DNA of 64,000 bases from the human T2T-CHM13v2.0 reference genome, Homo sapiens. The notes beneath the pieces were generated by a model. It worked only from the letters and a program-made list of their open reading frames with translations, ran no database searches and was not told the DNA's origin. The stretch's first letter is position 1, and each line of letters opens with the position of its first letter. The stretch lies in NCBI RefSeq assembly GCF_009914755.1, contig NC_060925.1; one strand, given 5' to 3'. Position numbers and translations under genes: made by a program. Positions 61,541-64,000 of this stretch are shown here, one piece after another.

Positions 61541-62777
61541 GTCATTAAGCCTCTGTACATGGTAGCCTTTTCACGCTAAACCCAGGCTACTGCCTACCCA
61601 CTGGCCCATTCAGTACCTCCACATTCCATCACTAGAGCAAAAGAGAACTTCTGGATCCCCAGCATGACAAGCACATGCCATGAAGAACTCAGAGTTGCCA
61701 TATGTGGCCAGTCTCCTTGGCCACTCACTGGAGAGGCCTCTCTGCTGTTAGCCACCTGCTTTCCACAATCACTCTCATCTATCTGACACACCTCCCAAAC
61801 AGAGGAGGTCTCACCAACGACTTCTTCAATCTTGGTCTTCTTCCATTCCACAATTCCCCTTGGCCGAAAAAGGCCCAAACTTATTATAAATCTTACTACC
61901 TAGCAGTCAAGGCATGGTGTTAATATGTCAACAAAAGCTAAAGGGATTTTTTAAATGGCTGAAACCAGGCTGAGAAGGCAAAGTACAACATAAGCCTGGA
62001 ACATTTTGTTGGACTGGAACATTTTGTCATTCCAGAGAGTAAGAAAGTGTTCCTAAAAATTATGGAGGTAGATCAAATACAGAAGCCAGCTTGAAGGGGC
62101 TCCCATGAGTCAAATCAGTGACAATTTCAGCATCAAAATAAATAAGAACAATAATGGAACAAATAGGAACCAATGGAACAAATAGGAACCCATGAGTCCA
62201 TACTAATAATAAGTAGATACATAAATAAATAGAGGAGAAGGTAAGGCTCCTCCTTAGAAGAAAATAAAGACATAAATGTGGAGGGAACCATAAATAATGA
62301 TTCAGGTAAGAACCAATCAATAATAGATGTTAACTCTATGGAGGAAAAAAAACTGACGAGGAATAGACATTTGCATGGTCTCAAAGTGTCTCCCCACAGA
62401 CTGGCTCATTAGTTACAAGGGGAAAAACAGTAACTACTCACCCAAGGCTGTATCTTAACCAAGTGATTAAAACTTCACCAACTAGGAGCAGATGGACATT
62501 GTGTGCTTCCTGGTGTGATATCCTCAGAACAACACAGTATCACACATACACTACATAAATACTGTCTTATGTAATACTCTGGCTGGGGTTGAAAAATTCA
62601 AGTCTAATCATGAGAAAACATCAGACAAATCTAATTCGGTTTTTTTATTCTATAAAATAACTGACTTGCATTCTTCAAAAATATTAATATCATAAAAGAT
62701 GAGAAAAGGCTGAGGAACTACTCCAGATTAATGGAGACTAAAGAGACATGACAACTACATGTATTAATATATAATCC

Positions 62778-63089
62778 AGCTGGACACAGTGGCTCATGCC
62801 TGTAATCCCAGCACTTTGGGAGGTCGAGGCGGGAGGATCACCTGAGGTCAGGAGTTCGAGACTAGCCTGGTCATCATGGCAAAACCCTGTCTCTGCTAAA
62901 AATACAAAAAATAATTAGCTGGGTGTAGTGGCACACACGTGTAATCCCAGCTACTCAGGAGGCCGAGGCAGGAGAATCGCTTGAACGTGGAAGGTGGAGG
63001 TTGCAGTGCCCAAGATCACACCACTGCATTCCAGCCTAGGAGACAGAGCAAGAATCCGTCTAAAAATAAAAAAAAATTAAAAAAAAAAA
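62778..63089 (+). mobile_element. AluS
   Basis: Dimeric Alu. Confidence 0.94.
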
Positions 63090-63288
63090 TATATATATAT
63101 ATAATATATACACATACATACACTATATATACACACTATATATATACACACACACTATACATTGTGTATATATACACACACTATATATATACACACTATA
63201 TATATAGTGTATGTATGTGTATATATACAGTGCATATGTGTGTATATATATAGTGCATATGTATGTGCATATATATATACATACACAC
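63089..63288. repeat. Compound (TA)n/(CA)n/(TG)n microsatellite, palindromic
   Basis: 28-bp perfect inverted repeat at 63104-63131 and 63199-63226. Confidence 0.9.
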
Positions 63289-63753
63289 AAAAAAAATCCT
63301 ACACTGGATCTTGGACTAAAGGAAAAAAATGCAACAAAGGACATTATTGCAACATCGACAAAATTGGAAAAATGAACTAGAGATCAAAAGTACTGTGTGA
63401 ATGTTAAGTATTTTGGATTTGACTAAGTGTAGAATGGTTATATAAGAGAATATCCTTGTTCTTAGGAAATGTACACTAAAGTGGTAAGGAAAGAGACATT
63501 AGGTATGCAGCCTACCCTCAAATAGTTAAGAAAAATAAATAATATTTATGTATGTGTGTTGTGTGTGGGGGGTGGTGTGTATAGAGAGGAAATAAATAAA
63601 TATGATAAAGCCAATAGAGCAAATGTTAAAATTTGTTTACTTAGATAAAAGGCATGTAAGGGTTGTCTGTACTATTCTTCCAACTTTTCTGTAATTTTAA
63701 AATTATTCCAAAATAAAGCTTTTTAAAAGCAGTTTGACCAATTTTAAAAGATG

Positions 63754-64000
63754 TTTTAATTTTTTTAATTTTTATTTATTTTTTTAGAGATGGGGTCTTG
63801 CTGTCCCCCAGGCTGAAGTGCGGCTGTATGATCATGGCTCACTGCAGCCTCCAACTCCTGGGCTCAAGTGATCCTCCTGCCTAAGCCTCCTAAGTAGCAG
63901 GGACTACAGGCACATGCCACTACTCCCAGTTAATTCTGTTTTTTTGTAGAGACAGGGTCTTGCCATGTTGCCCAGCCTGGTCTCAAAATCCTGGCCTCAA
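63754..64000 (-). mobile_element. AluJ, runs off the window end
   Basis: CTCCTGGGCTCAAGTGATCCTCC...GAGACAGGGTCTTGCCATGTTGCCC. Confidence 0.92.

Larger units (their letters stand above)
61920..63720 (+). mobile_element. L1MC4-like 3' region with a nested AluS (62778-63089) and a microsatellite
   Basis: AGCCAGCTTGAAGGGGCTCCCA...CTCCAGATTAATGGAGACTAAAGAGACATGACAAC...CTATTCTTCCAACTTTTCTGTAA. Confidence 0.8.

Overview
Primate, most likely human, non-coding DNA that is AT-rich and dominated by interspersed repeats. I found no recognisable protein-coding exon: the supplied ORFs are Alu-derived, L1 ORF2 debris or chance. Repeat content is about 39 Alu/FLAM pieces, including one near-consensus AluYa-lineage copy. 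There is also a twin-primed 5'-inverted L1PA4-like element, older L1, L2 and MIR fragments, solo LTRs (MLT1A-like, MSTB, MER67-like > LTR8, LTR1 > LTR7C, MLT2, LTR16, MER77, MSTA), DNA-transposon MITEs (half MADE1, MER1B x2, MER2, MER104) and two Y RNA retropseudogenes (RNY1, RNY3). Alu/L1 orientation bias and an A-rich + strand suggest a large intron of a minus-strand gene (inference). I see no evidence of a new multi-gene system. The most unusual signals are two. First, six tandem repeats, mostly born inside old TEs, several of which multiply a regulatory motif: TCTCGCGAGA (BANP) in an MSTA LTR, the STAT5 GAS TTCCAAGAA, and the MIR Pol III A/B box. Second, recurrent fold-back templated insertions, including one that multiplies and inverts the TATA box of a HERV-H LTR7C. 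Repeat family names come from recalled consensus sequences, not from a RepeatMasker run.
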